From Candidatus Poseidoniaceae archaeon (GTDB lineage: Archaea > Thermoplasmatota > Poseidoniia > Poseidoniales > Poseidoniaceae), in assembly GCA_022424925.1 (NCBI GenBank), contig JAKMGM010000160.1, positions 1-41,575 of the forward strand: a DNA stretch of 41,575 nucleotides, in the 5' to 3' direction. Below the pieces are notes generated by a model. That model searched no databases. It saw only the letters and a list, made by a program, of their open reading frames with translations, and had not been told where the DNA came from. Positions within the stretch are counted from its first letter, which is position 1; each line of letters begins with the position of its first letter. Shown one piece after another: positions 7,601-15,449 of this stretch. Both the position numbers and the translations under genes were made by a program.

Positions 7601-9686
7601 CGTCGAAGCAAGCCCGTTGACTTCTCTTGAGTTTACCATCGGCGACCGCCCCGCACTCCCGTCTCATGCTCATGCGATGCTTTGGCGTTCCTGGTCGGAT
7701 GACGCCAATGGGGATGGATTCGCACAACTTGACGAAGTGCTTTCACTACCTCTTCATCTGCCGAATGACCTCGCATCAATTCAAGGCATTTACACGCTTG
7801 AACTGGACACATCTGAAGCGTTCTCTGGCTCGTACTTCATGGGTTGGCTGGATGTTGCAGACTCGGCAGGAAACATTATGCTGAATTCCGGCTCAATGAC
7901 AACGCCTCTGTTCAACATCCAGGTGAACAACGATGGTTCACCGCAACTCGGTACTTCGCCGGCCTATTGGGGACACGGTGATTCAGTTTGGCTTCATCCT
8001 GGAGAGGCTAATGTCCTCCATCTTCCTCTTCTCGACCTTAACGGAATAACGGATATTGCACACATTGAACTGGATTTAGCAGGCAACCAAAACGAGCCTG
8101 TGGTTTTGAAGTGGGATTCAGAAAATGAGCAGTGCACGAGCCTCAACATGTTCCTCGATATCGAGTCCTGTGAATTCATTCCCTCGGATGAAGGAACACT
8201 CTTTTCTTCCGAAGGCATGTTCACAGTTGCGTTTTCCATTGAATGGGGATTCGACCCTGATGTGAGCCTGCTTCGCATCCCGAAGGTCATGGTTTCGGAC
8301 TACCAAGGTCAATCAAACCGAGTTTCTGTACCAGACCTTGGTTGGCGCTTTTCAGGTGAAATGGAAGTCATGCCTCAGAGTCTCGACTTTACCCTGCTTG
8401 GGACGGAGGTGGAAACGCTTGGAACTTGGGTTCAACCGAGAGCTGACATCGATGTAGCGGGTGAACTCACGTGGTATCAATCAAACCGTGCAATCATCCA
8501 GCCAACCGATTTGAAAATCGAACTTGGAGAAAGTGAAGTTCTCGTTGAGAGCGTAAACGGAAGTTTTGAAGGCGTGCTGTCTGCACCATTGAACCCTGGT
8601 TCATATGGAATCTCAACTTCGTTACACAATCCACCGAACGGAGCAATCGACCGAACTGCGTCTACTGCTCCTGCGTGGTTCATCGTCGATAACCAAGCAC
8701 CTACAATAGTTGGAATACCTTCTCCTGTCAATGATATCGTACTGTTTGAACAAACATGGTCAGATCTTGTGTTCGAAGTTCTCGTCTCAGAGCAGGACCG
8801 TTTGAACGACTCCTCTCTCACACTCCATTGGGCCGTTCACCCCGAGGGTGTTGGTTTGTCCAGTCAATCGGTCATCAACGGTAGCGAGCAACTCTCGATC
8901 ATCGGTGGACGCGCCTTCGGCAACGCTATCCCGTGTACGACAACCCTCGACCTCGATACGCTGTTGACTTCATCGATGCGTAACGACGCATTGGAGGTTC
9001 GAATTTGGGTTACTGGCAAAGATATGGCTGGACACGACATCAGTTCAGTTTTCAACGACATCGACGCACCTCTCGCTGTTTGGGTTCTTGAGCAACGCAT
9101 TGCTGAATATTCATTCACGACGCCAGAGATGAAACCAAACAAGGAGATTTCTGTTGGGCAAACAATAGATCTCGGCGTTTCCATTACCAATTCAGGTCTC
9201 GCTGATGGTCAGGCACAAATCTTTGTTGAGTTGGTCGAAAGCAATGGCGCTCGAACACGAATCGATGCACGAAGTCTGGATATTGAAGCCGGAGGTACCT
9301 ATGTTTACTCGAAAGAGTGGACACCATCACGTGAGGGAACAATGTGGCTTGAGTTCCAAATCATTAACGGTCCAAATGTTCAGACGAACACGGTATATGT
9401 CGATGAAGCGGCATCAAACGGTGTGTTTGCCAGCGTTTCTGCCGTTAATCCAATTTTACTGGTCATTATATTCCTTCTCACAGTTTCACTGGTTGGCTTG
9501 ATGATGTTCGGACTCAAAACACCTCAGCAACAATGGGACCCATCGCAGCAACCCCGTAAAAGAGTCCCGAGAACTCCAGCCAACCCTACGACTCGCAATC
9601 TTACGCAAACCGAACAGCCACCGGTTTCTGGACCGTACGGTGCAGCAGAAGTCCCCGCCGCTCCCGGTGAAAACCCCTACAGTTAA
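4611..9686 (+). CDS. Giant exported surface protein (1691 aa): signal/anchor, jelly-roll (MAM/LamG-like) and Ig-like modules, CARDB-like domain, TM anchor, Pro-rich cytoplasmic tail
   Basis: Single uninterrupted 5-kb ORF. The N-terminus has a hydrophobic segment (CCAVVVLFMLSTLMLG). A Ser/Thr/Asn/Gly-rich beta-type composition runs throughout. A jelly-roll-like segment reads ...WELSFMRRLGVES..DHAYISV...LQIRFGIGTTDSS..YTGWNIDDVSI. A CARDB-like segment reads ISVGQTIDLGVSITNSGLADGQAQIFVEL. The TM is ILLVIIFLLTVSLVGLMMFGL (about 9447-9515), followed by a 56-aa Pro-rich tail. Confidence 0.85.
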   Translation: MNGARSTSVRCCAVVVLFMLSTLMLGYSPENREHMDSNFEPLSAPTPFGQTNLLSIGSFPDGANANTRLSVDEGAALKTLDLQIDSARLPSSTGFSLTESSDFSTNTVYDGMDVNGSSLTILPQGWEWDFENANHGWTLGSPAWKWGFDSVIGQAGGVASGVKALYTYDGNYPNNMGSTLWATSPVMDCSACSGAWELSFMRRLGVESPSWDHAYISVKTSTGSWASLYSNPSSVSDGSFTQQTISLNNYIAGNSNLQIRFGIGTTDSSVTYTGWNIDDVSIMPSTTGTSSGEGNWTSAPLSPTMFGQGEERAFGYLHIDAFVPQGEIFEWRLLDATTSQPVPGFENSILRSIDLGLVDWETYPSIRLSIHMKSQAGGVPAVHGIHFEGKIFEDFNDDPTDLGWQLQGVNWANGVVSGTGTLKTSTFNVRSGFAGFDSNSVLSSGAVVEYTLDGGSNWNTLVDGKQWLTTPAFSVQFRVSSSGSSWNIDSFDVELIRTSIPDGLRIDVGMNGISDWSLEGDGIGRLGIQDRLKDHSLWNSQPSAPSSPASYSLLLPAAGVQAFEFGVAAPLQAMNSPFLAMSIDGQDFMSTSLPNLQELQIIQLSSSELSTLNSALSQASHDSSVEGLPMVEVDVRIGSSTSTSDVLFGGIFAPYDASLVLQFGPSDPVIVALNSALQSVIPVSGSKELPLPIRMSSSGAVYVNVVQQTSQGSIEPISISVSNVSDTFTPSTDWVEVTSVFDFSNLGVTSPESYVKSNGWSLALFLTADNEHSETRCPMVSLPITGVSVNSCVREGNSMIWSQDGGFGEIRMLESGSFLQIVHRFQFPEQWEDEASLSVSVNMLAPSGPMLPVSMNFGLGSSQGVENDVEVKDWAIVYDNSVRSVHELPYLNPGEQVMVEVQLGFEDVPVSSSPRPGSTLVRFLADGVEVQSTSVLADGVASIPWTVPTQKDTVELEVEVIPLAGQNIVFAVPNTVSFGFDTVDPELLGMSVSEFDHVEASPLTSLEFTIGDRPALPSHAHAMLWRSWSDDANGDGFAQLDEVLSLPLHLPNDLASIQGIYTLELDTSEAFSGSYFMGWLDVADSAGNIMLNSGSMTTPLFNIQVNNDGSPQLGTSPAYWGHGDSVWLHPGEANVLHLPLLDLNGITDIAHIELDLAGNQNEPVVLKWDSENEQCTSLNMFLDIESCEFIPSDEGTLFSSEGMFTVAFSIEWGFDPDVSLLRIPKVMVSDYQGQSNRVSVPDLGWRFSGEMEVMPQSLDFTLLGTEVETLGTWVQPRADIDVAGELTWYQSNRAIIQPTDLKIELGESEVLVESVNGSFEGVLSAPLNPGSYGISTSLHNPPNGAIDRTASTAPAWFIVDNQAPTIVGIPSPVNDIVLFEQTWSDLVFEVLVSEQDRLNDSSLTLHWAVHPEGVGLSSQSVINGSEQLSIIGGRAFGNAIPCTTTLDLDTLLTSSMRNDALEVRIWVTGKDMAGHDISSVFNDIDAPLAVWVLEQRIAEYSFTTPEMKPNKEISVGQTIDLGVSITNSGLADGQAQIFVELVESNGARTRIDARSLDIEAGGTYVYSKEWTPSREGTMWLEFQIINGPNVQTNTVYVDEAASNGVFASVSAVNPILLVIIFLLTVSLVGLMMFGLKTPQQQWDPSQQPRKRVPRTPANPTTRNLTQTEQPPVSGPYGAAEVPAAPGENPYS

Positions 9687-9731
9687 TCGCAGAACTCGGC
9701 CGAAGGTTTTGAAGTCTTGATGCCAACGGCG

Positions 9732-10042
9732 GTGTGGAGGGAGTAGGAGGATCGCTGACAGAGTTCGACTCTGAGGAAAGTCCCCTCTCCACAGTGCAAA
9801 TGGCTTACATAAGTAAGAGAACAGAAATGGTCAGGTCAATGCTGCAGAAACGAACGATGCAAGGTGTGTACAATGAAGTTGAAAAACCGAGATTGCCTTG
9901 TTGTCGATGAGACGAGCAACCCCGTTGGAGCAAGTCCAAACAGCCCTGGTGACGCGGCACGTCGAGGGGCAGGTAGGATGCGAAGTTGAATGCGGTCGCC
10001 GAAAGGTAACAGAAAGGGGCTTACTCCCTACTCCCTCCACTA
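9732..10042 (+). ncRNA. rnpB: RNase P RNA, archaeal type A
   Basis: Perfect 14-bp terminal helix P1 (9734-9747 GTGGAGGGAGTAGG pairs with 10027-10040 CCTACTCCCTCCAC). P2 is GATCGC/GCGGTC. P3 hairpin is CAGAG-TTCGA-CTCTG (9759-9773). CR-I is GAGGAAAGTCCCC (9773-9785). CR-V is ACAGAAAGGGGCTTAC (10009-24). P4 is AAG(T)CCCC/GGGGCTT with the conserved bulged U. AACCCCGTTGGAGCAAG is CR-IV-like. Length is about 307 nt. Only short overlapping ORFs occupy this interval. Confidence 0.9.
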
Positions 10043-12991
10043 AGCCTCATCTTGAATCAGTACTGCTTCAAGCGGTTTCATGGCGACTGGCGATGCCAAG
10101 GCAATGCCATCTCCGTAGTCCCTCCAACCTTCGTGACCCTGAATCCGCGCCCGAATCGTGTGCTCTGCAGTGATGACTGCTGGCATGAGGAACGTACTTG
10201 TAATGAATGCAAAAATTATCAGCAAACACATCATGATGAAGAAGTTTTCAAGACCGGCGAATCCATCCCATCCAAGAACCCATCCGGGGAAAAATCCTGC
10301 TGAGATTCCTGCTACAGTCGTGATTGTTGTTTCGAAGATTGTTTGCCCCGTCTCTTCTATAGAATTGGCAATGCCAACGGGGGTTTCGCCTTCTTCTTGT
10401 ATTCGGTGCATGACATGTATCGAGTCATCGACGCCTATACCGAATACAATGGTTCCAATCATCGCCGTGAAAATATTAACGTTGACATCACCGCTTTTCA
10501 TCAGCAACGGCTGCCACAAGATGACGATGGCGACAGGTATCATTGTGTAGATTCCTAACCGCGGTGAACGGAACACAAAGCCGAGAACGATGGTGAGAAT
10601 AATCATCGTGACAACCGTTGTCAAGGTTTGGGCATCATGAATACCGTCGTTGATATCTAATGAAACCGGAAGACCTCCAGTGAGGAGTGAAGTTCGAGTT
10701 TTTCCATCAACGGGTGGCTCATTCGCCAGCATTTCATCGATGTCTTCGCGAAGTTCACCGGCGATATTGAGGTTCATGTAGGGTTGTGTCACATAGACGA
10801 TGGCCTTGGTCCCCTCTTCGTTGAGGAGCATGGATTTGACTTCTTCCGAGAGTGTATCAAAAACGACGTTGACAATGTCTTTTCGCAGGCCTTGTCGTCC
10901 GTCCTGGCCAGTGAGTTCGAGGCTCAGCCAAGCTACGCATTCGGGGTCGGTAATGTCCGTACTTTCCCAACACGGGTCGTGTAAGAGATCCCATAAACTT
11001 CCTTCGTACAGTGTCACGCCGTCCGCAAGCGTTATTGTTGCAGGAATGGTTCGAAGAAAAGTGATGATACTGGTCGTGTTTGTTTCATCGACCATGTCGA
11101 TTTTCTTTTCGATAGCATCAATAGCATCGAGTACGGGTAAATCTCGAATGTTCTGAGTTTTGTTTTGCTGAGCCTCCAAGGTACGTTGTTCTGCATCAAA
11201 TATGAACAGCGAAGTTTGGCCACCACTGAATTCCCGTGAGTACTGTGAGAGTGTGTTGAGTGATGCAATGCCGTCCGGGGCTTCTGAACTACCAGTAATC
11301 GGCTCGTTCATTTCGTCTAAGTTCAAAATACCCACACCGGTTACAACCAAAGCACCTACGAGGATGAATACAAATCCAGTTACAGGCCAAGTACCAATGT
11401 TCTTCCAAGCAGACGGGTTTGAGCGTTTGTTAAACCGAAGCATCCAAGCCAAGGTTGGAACAAGAATGATGCTGAATACCAGTGTAGAAAAAATGCCTAT
11501 GCACAAGGTCACACCTACGGAGCGAATCGGAGCAACAGAAACAATCTGCGGTGCAATCAATACAGAGAACCCAACGATGGTTGTCAAAGCAGAGAGAAAG
11601 ACTGCCACTCCAGTTGATTGCGTCATATTCAATACGCATTCTCGGTAAAAATCGATGTTCCAGAGGTCAGGAACCTCTTCAGGTGGTTTTCCTTGCCGTC
11701 GTCGCCGCTCATTTTCATCGTTCGCTTTGTCAATTTCTTTGCGCCGTACTTCTTCGATACGGTTGACCATGTGGAGTGCATAGTCCACCCCGAGTCCAAT
11801 TAAGATTGGAAACGTTGCAACAATCATAGGCGTGAGCGTTATATCGAGAAGGACTGATGTTCCGAACGTTACAGCAAGCGCCATGATGATTGGCGTTCCC
11901 GTGATGACAACAACCTTGAGCGAACGGTGTAGCGCAGTAATCACGAGAATCGTGCACAGTACTGACCATGGCAAAATACTCAGCAGGTCTTCATAGATCG
12001 CATCGGATATATCCTCGAGAACCTTCGTCAAACCTGTAACGGTCATCTCCGTGTTCTGCATGTCACTCGACCTGTTGTCGATTACATCTTGGAAGTGGCT
12101 GTGAAGATGGCTGAAATCACGGAAGTTTGCTTCGCTTGGGTCGTGATGCATGCCGATAATAATTGCAGCAGTGTCCCATATACCATCGCCGTCAATGTCG
12201 TTGGTTGTGTTGCCGTCACCATCGCTGTCTACGCCCAAGTCCATATCATTGGTATCTTTGAACAAGGCATCGAAGCCACCGTTTGATTCCTCTATAATTT
12301 GGTCCACCCGTTCCTGATCTGGAATTGAGTATGTGCCGCCGCCGGGCAACGCACTGCAGTCGATGGCAAGGGGAATTCGGGTGTTCACTCCGTGTTCACA
12401 CAGTGAACTGTTGAACCGTCCATCAGCCGAGTTGATTTCTTTGATGACCTGCGCAGGTGAAATAATCCACAAAACGCCGTCATCCCTGCCATGGTCGTCT
12501 TTGCTGTAATCGATTCCACGGCCCGTAGACCCTGCGCCATTGGCATTTTCGTCATCGCCTTCAACCCAACTAATTTCGCGCAGATAATTGACATCGGTGA
12601 TATTGACTTGGTCTGCGGTATTCAACGCATTTGGAGTCTGAACATAGATGATGGCAATGTCTGTTGACCATTCTGTTCGCACCTCCCTCAGCAATTCGGT
12701 AGAGGGGGCACCGTCTGGGAGAAAAATTTCAACATCGTCATCGATTTGTTCTTGGAACGACATGCCCTGTTGAGCAAAAAATGCCGCAACGATGAGCAGC
12801 AGTATGACGACCGTAGCGGGTGAAGCGAGAACACTTCCGTAGAATTTGTCGATTCTTTGGATAGCTTGGCGGCTGGTTTGTTCACGGAATTGCGACAGTT
12901 TTTGCAGGAGATTGCCGTCTTGCCCGCCCTTCTCCATAGTGTTGCCACGAGGAGGGGGGCTTTGAATGATACTCCAATCTGATGGAGGCAT
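10040..12991 (-). CDS. RND-superfamily / MMPL-type exporter (COG1033-like, two SSD-type 6-TM bundles with large extracytoplasmic loops)
   Basis: Duplicated motifs sit at the start of each TM bundle: GLGVDYALHMVNRIEE and GIGVDDSIHVMHRIQEE. There are about 12 hydrophobic segments and two large acidic loops. Loop 1 carries DSDGDGNTTNDIDGDGIWD, which resembles a Ca-binding DxDxDG motif. The start may instead be Met19 (12937). Confidence 0.88.
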   Translation of the reverse strand: MPPSDWSIIQSPPPRGNTMEKGGQDGNLLQKLSQFREQTSRQAIQRIDKFYGSVLASPATVVILLLIVAAFFAQQGMSFQEQIDDDVEIFLPDGAPSTELLREVRTEWSTDIAIIYVQTPNALNTADQVNITDVNYLREISWVEGDDENANGAGSTGRGIDYSKDDHGRDDGVLWIISPAQVIKEINSADGRFNSSLCEHGVNTRIPLAIDCSALPGGGTYSIPDQERVDQIIEESNGGFDALFKDTNDMDLGVDSDGDGNTTNDIDGDGIWDTAAIIIGMHHDPSEANFRDFSHLHSHFQDVIDNRSSDMQNTEMTVTGLTKVLEDISDAIYEDLLSILPWSVLCTILVITALHRSLKVVVITGTPIIMALAVTFGTSVLLDITLTPMIVATFPILIGLGVDYALHMVNRIEEVRRKEIDKANDENERRRRQGKPPEEVPDLWNIDFYRECVLNMTQSTGVAVFLSALTTIVGFSVLIAPQIVSVAPIRSVGVTLCIGIFSTLVFSIILVPTLAWMLRFNKRSNPSAWKNIGTWPVTGFVFILVGALVVTGVGILNLDEMNEPITGSSEAPDGIASLNTLSQYSREFSGGQTSLFIFDAEQRTLEAQQNKTQNIRDLPVLDAIDAIEKKIDMVDETNTTSIITFLRTIPATITLADGVTLYEGSLWDLLHDPCWESTDITDPECVAWLSLELTGQDGRQGLRKDIVNVVFDTLSEEVKSMLLNEEGTKAIVYVTQPYMNLNIAGELREDIDEMLANEPPVDGKTRTSLLTGGLPVSLDINDGIHDAQTLTTVVTMIILTIVLGFVFRSPRLGIYTMIPVAIVILWQPLLMKSGDVNVNIFTAMIGTIVFGIGVDDSIHVMHRIQEEGETPVGIANSIEETGQTIFETTITTVAGISAGFFPGWVLGWDGFAGLENFFIMMCLLIIFAFITSTFLMPAVITAEHTIRARIQGHEGWRDYGDGIALASPVAMKPLEAVLIQDEA

Positions 12992-13003
12992 GTGACATTG
13001 CTG

Positions 13004-13939
13004 TCAGTCGAGACCGAATTCACGCACGAGAAGGTGGCGAAGGAATCCTCTGGCGCTTTGCAACACAAGACCAGTAGCCATCAAGGCAAGGCCGAGTACA
13101 CCAATCCAGATGGCGGAGAGCCCAGGTCCTACGAAACTGTCGATGTGCGTCGTGACGCCTCGAGCTGTGTTCATTCCCATTGCCGCACCGGTCGCTAAGA
13201 GCCCAAATCCAGGTAAACCGAGTACGAGAAGTGGTTTCTTTTGCGACAGCGACAACATGGCCCAGGTGAGAACAGTGAAGCCGTGCGAGACTGCCGTGAA
13301 GTTTGACCCCTTGGGAACATCGTATCGTATCACGGTAGGAACTTCAACGATTTCCAGTTGCTTCTCTCGAGCATCTTCAAGCATCTCTAAGGACAGTTCC
13401 ATTCCTTCCGAATCGAAACGTAGGCGCTCAAGTGCTGTGCGGGAAAAGGCACGGAAGCCAGATTGTGTGTCCTTGATTCCAAGGTCGCTTGAAAGGTTGC
13501 TTGCCGCAGTAATCACTTTGATTCCAAGCCTGCGGTATGCTGGCATGTGCGTTCCACTTCCACCTTCAATGAAACGAGAACCGATCGCAAAGTCAGCCGA
13601 ACCATCGAGGATTGGTTTGAGTACATTTGGAATGTCTTCAGCGCGGTGCTGTCCGTCGCTGTCAAGAACAACAAGTGCGTCGACACCCATCTCCTTGGCT
13701 TTGACGAAGAGTGTTTTCAATGCGCCTCCGTACCCACGGTTCACTCGGTGACGGATGACCGTAGCCCCACATGCCTCGGCAATTCGTGCGCTGGAATCGG
13801 ATGAACCATCGTCGATACAAATAACGGCATCGACGTGTCGAAGAGCGGTAATCACGACCGTACCAATGGTCTCTTCTTCATTGTACATTGGCATGCCTGC
13901 CACTATGAAGGGTTTTGTGACACTGACATTGTTTGTCAT
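13004..13939 (-). CDS. Family-2 glycosyltransferase, dolichyl/polyprenyl-phosphate sugar synthase type (GtrB/DPM1-like) with C-terminal TM hairpin
   Basis: Motifs PMYNEEETIG, CIDDGSSDSSARIA, NRGYGGAL and LDSDGQH (DxD), followed by two C-terminal TM segments. It ends 12 nt upstream of the MMPL gene on the same strand. Confidence 0.88.
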   Translation of the reverse strand: MTNNVSVTKPFIVAGMPMYNEEETIGTVVITALRHVDAVICIDDGSSDSSARIAEACGATVIRHRVNRGYGGALKTLFVKAKEMGVDALVVLDSDGQHRAEDIPNVLKPILDGSADFAIGSRFIEGGSGTHMPAYRRLGIKVITAASNLSSDLGIKDTQSGFRAFSRTALERLRFDSEGMELSLEMLEDAREKQLEIVEVPTVIRYDVPKGSNFTAVSHGFTVLTWAMLSLSQKKPLLVLGLPGFGLLATGAAMGMNTARGVTTHIDSFVGPGLSAIWIGVLGLALMATGLVLQSARGFLRHLLVREFGLD

Positions 13940-14097
13940 CTGAGCACCGTTTAATCGCGCTATCCAGTTCTATTTAGTAATATAGTATCTCCATACACAG
14001 TGTTTTGCGTTTTTGGAGGAGGCCCGCTCAGAGGTCGAAACCCCTGAGCAGGCGGCATCGTAGTATCTACGTAACAGTATCACTGACTGATTGAATT

Positions 14098-14352
14098 TCA
14101 GTCTTGAAGTTGCGTCAGTGTGGTGACTGCTCGTTCACCGTTGAGCACTTTTTCAAGGGCATTCAACGAAATCACAAGCGGTACATACGCTTGTCCATCG
14201 CTGGTAACATACGTCGAGCAATCTGAAAACGCATCGGTATTGACCGAGAGTTTCAGTGCCCCTCCAGCATTGCTCTTGCGTACATATCCGACAAGCAGAT
14301 TTGTGGTTTCGGTTTTGGTTTCAGGCATCGGGTTTGTGTTCTTTTTTGGCAT
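14098..14352 (-). CDS. Small hypothetical protein (84 aa), basic/polar N-tail plus beta-rich core
   Basis: ORF with coding-like composition: MPKKNTNPMPETKTETTNLLVGYVRKSNAGGALKLSVNTDAF...YVPLVISLNALEKVL. No family recognised. The start is placed at Met13 of the listed ORF. Confidence 0.5.
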   Translation of the reverse strand: MPKKNTNPMPETKTETTNLLVGYVRKSNAGGALKLSVNTDAFSDCSTYVTSDGQAYVPLVISLNALEKVLNGERAVTTLTQLQD

Positions 14353-14486
14353 GTTTTTCAACTCCAGCGCCACAGTTTGCGGCGGCAACCTTGGAACAAT
14401 TCGTTAACGCTTATGAAACTCATTGAACAATACCCTACACTGTATCACCATGATTACCAAAGCCTCATACATATGTGGTTCTTGAG

Positions 14487-15449
14487 ATGGCCATGCGAGC
14501 ATTGGTGACGGGTGGTGCGGGTTTCATCGGTTCGCATCTTATTGACCGGCTGGTCGCTCGGGGAGACACAGTTGTCGTGCTTGACAACCTTTCAAGCGGA
14601 AAGCTTGAGTTCATTCAAACGCACCTTGATTCCGGCTCAGCGCATCATGTTCTTGGTGACCTCACGGATTTTGAGACCGTTCTGTCCGCAATGAAGGGCA
14701 TCGACTGCGTGTTCCATTTGGCAGCAAACCCCGACATCCGACTTGGAACTCGTGTCACGGATACTGACCTCAAGCAAGGGACATTGGCTACATACAACAT
14801 CGTTGAAGCAATGCGACGTTGTGAAGTTCAGAAAATTGCTTTCGCTTCATCTTCGGTCGTTTATGGCGAGAATGCACCGTTGCCTACTCCAGAAAATCAT
14901 GGTCCATGCATGCCGATTTCGCTGTATGGCGCCAGCAAACAAGCAGGTGAAGGACTCATCAGCAGTTGGGTTGGTACGTTTGGCATCCAAGCATGGATTT
15001 TCCGCTTCGCCAACATCATTGGTACTCGAGGGACACACGGTGTGATATTCGACTTTATTCACAAACTCAAGGCAGACCCCTCACGATTGGAAGTTCTCGG
15101 TAACGGTCTTCAAGAAAAGTCCTACATGGAAGTTGAAGATTGTGTCGATGGCATTTTGCATGTCATGGAGCATTCGAACAATGCGCTGAACCTGTTCAAT
15201 CTCGGCTCGCATGACACTGCTTCAGTACGACGGATTGCTGAAATTGTGGTCGAAGAAACTGGTTGCAGCGGAGCTTCCATCGAGTACACCGGCGGTGACC
15301 GGGGCTGGGCAGGTGATATTCCCCGTGCGATGCTCGGTATTGAAAAGATGCTTTCGAGTGGGTATAATGTACGCTTCAACAGTGAAGAAGCGATTCGCCA
15401 CACAGCACGCGCACTCATCCAAGAAATAGGAATGCCAGGAGATGATTGA
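14487..15449 (+). CDS. NAD-dependent sugar-nucleotide epimerase/dehydratase (GalE / UDP-sugar 4-epimerase-like SDR)
   Basis: TGGAGFIGSHL Rossmann motif, catalytic YGASK (YxxxK) and extended-SDR length. The start is ATG 14487 or 14493; the listed ORF begins at an upstream GTG. Confidence 0.9.
   Translation: MAMRALVTGGAGFIGSHLIDRLVARGDTVVVLDNLSSGKLEFIQTHLDSGSAHHVLGDLTDFETVLSAMKGIDCVFHLAANPDIRLGTRVTDTDLKQGTLATYNIVEAMRRCEVQKIAFASSSVVYGENAPLPTPENHGPCMPISLYGASKQAGEGLISSWVGTFGIQAWIFRFANIIGTRGTHGVIFDFIHKLKADPSRLEVLGNGLQEKSYMEVEDCVDGILHVMEHSNNALNLFNLGSHDTASVRRIAEIVVEETGCSGASIEYTGGDRGWAGDIPRAMLGIEKMLSSGYNVRFNSEEAIRHTARALIQEIGMPGDD

Noticed and set aside
9601-10173. Three short ORFs (9601-9792 minus, 9831-10040 minus, 9898-10173 plus) in the giant/MMPL spacer
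   Set aside because: The interval is fully explained by the RNase P RNA. The ORFs are Arg/Ser/Cys/Pro-rich and overlap each other.
13110-13751. 213-aa plus-strand ORF
   Set aside because: It is antisense to the GT2 glycosyltransferase, which has unambiguous family motifs. The composition is Ser/Arg/Pro-rich, typical of antisense frames. The same reasoning applies to 21204-21872 (antisense to truD), 3772-4179 (antisense to rpiA), 5720-6208, 11202-11648, 26586-27143 and 32484-32996, and to the other ORFs nested in large genes.
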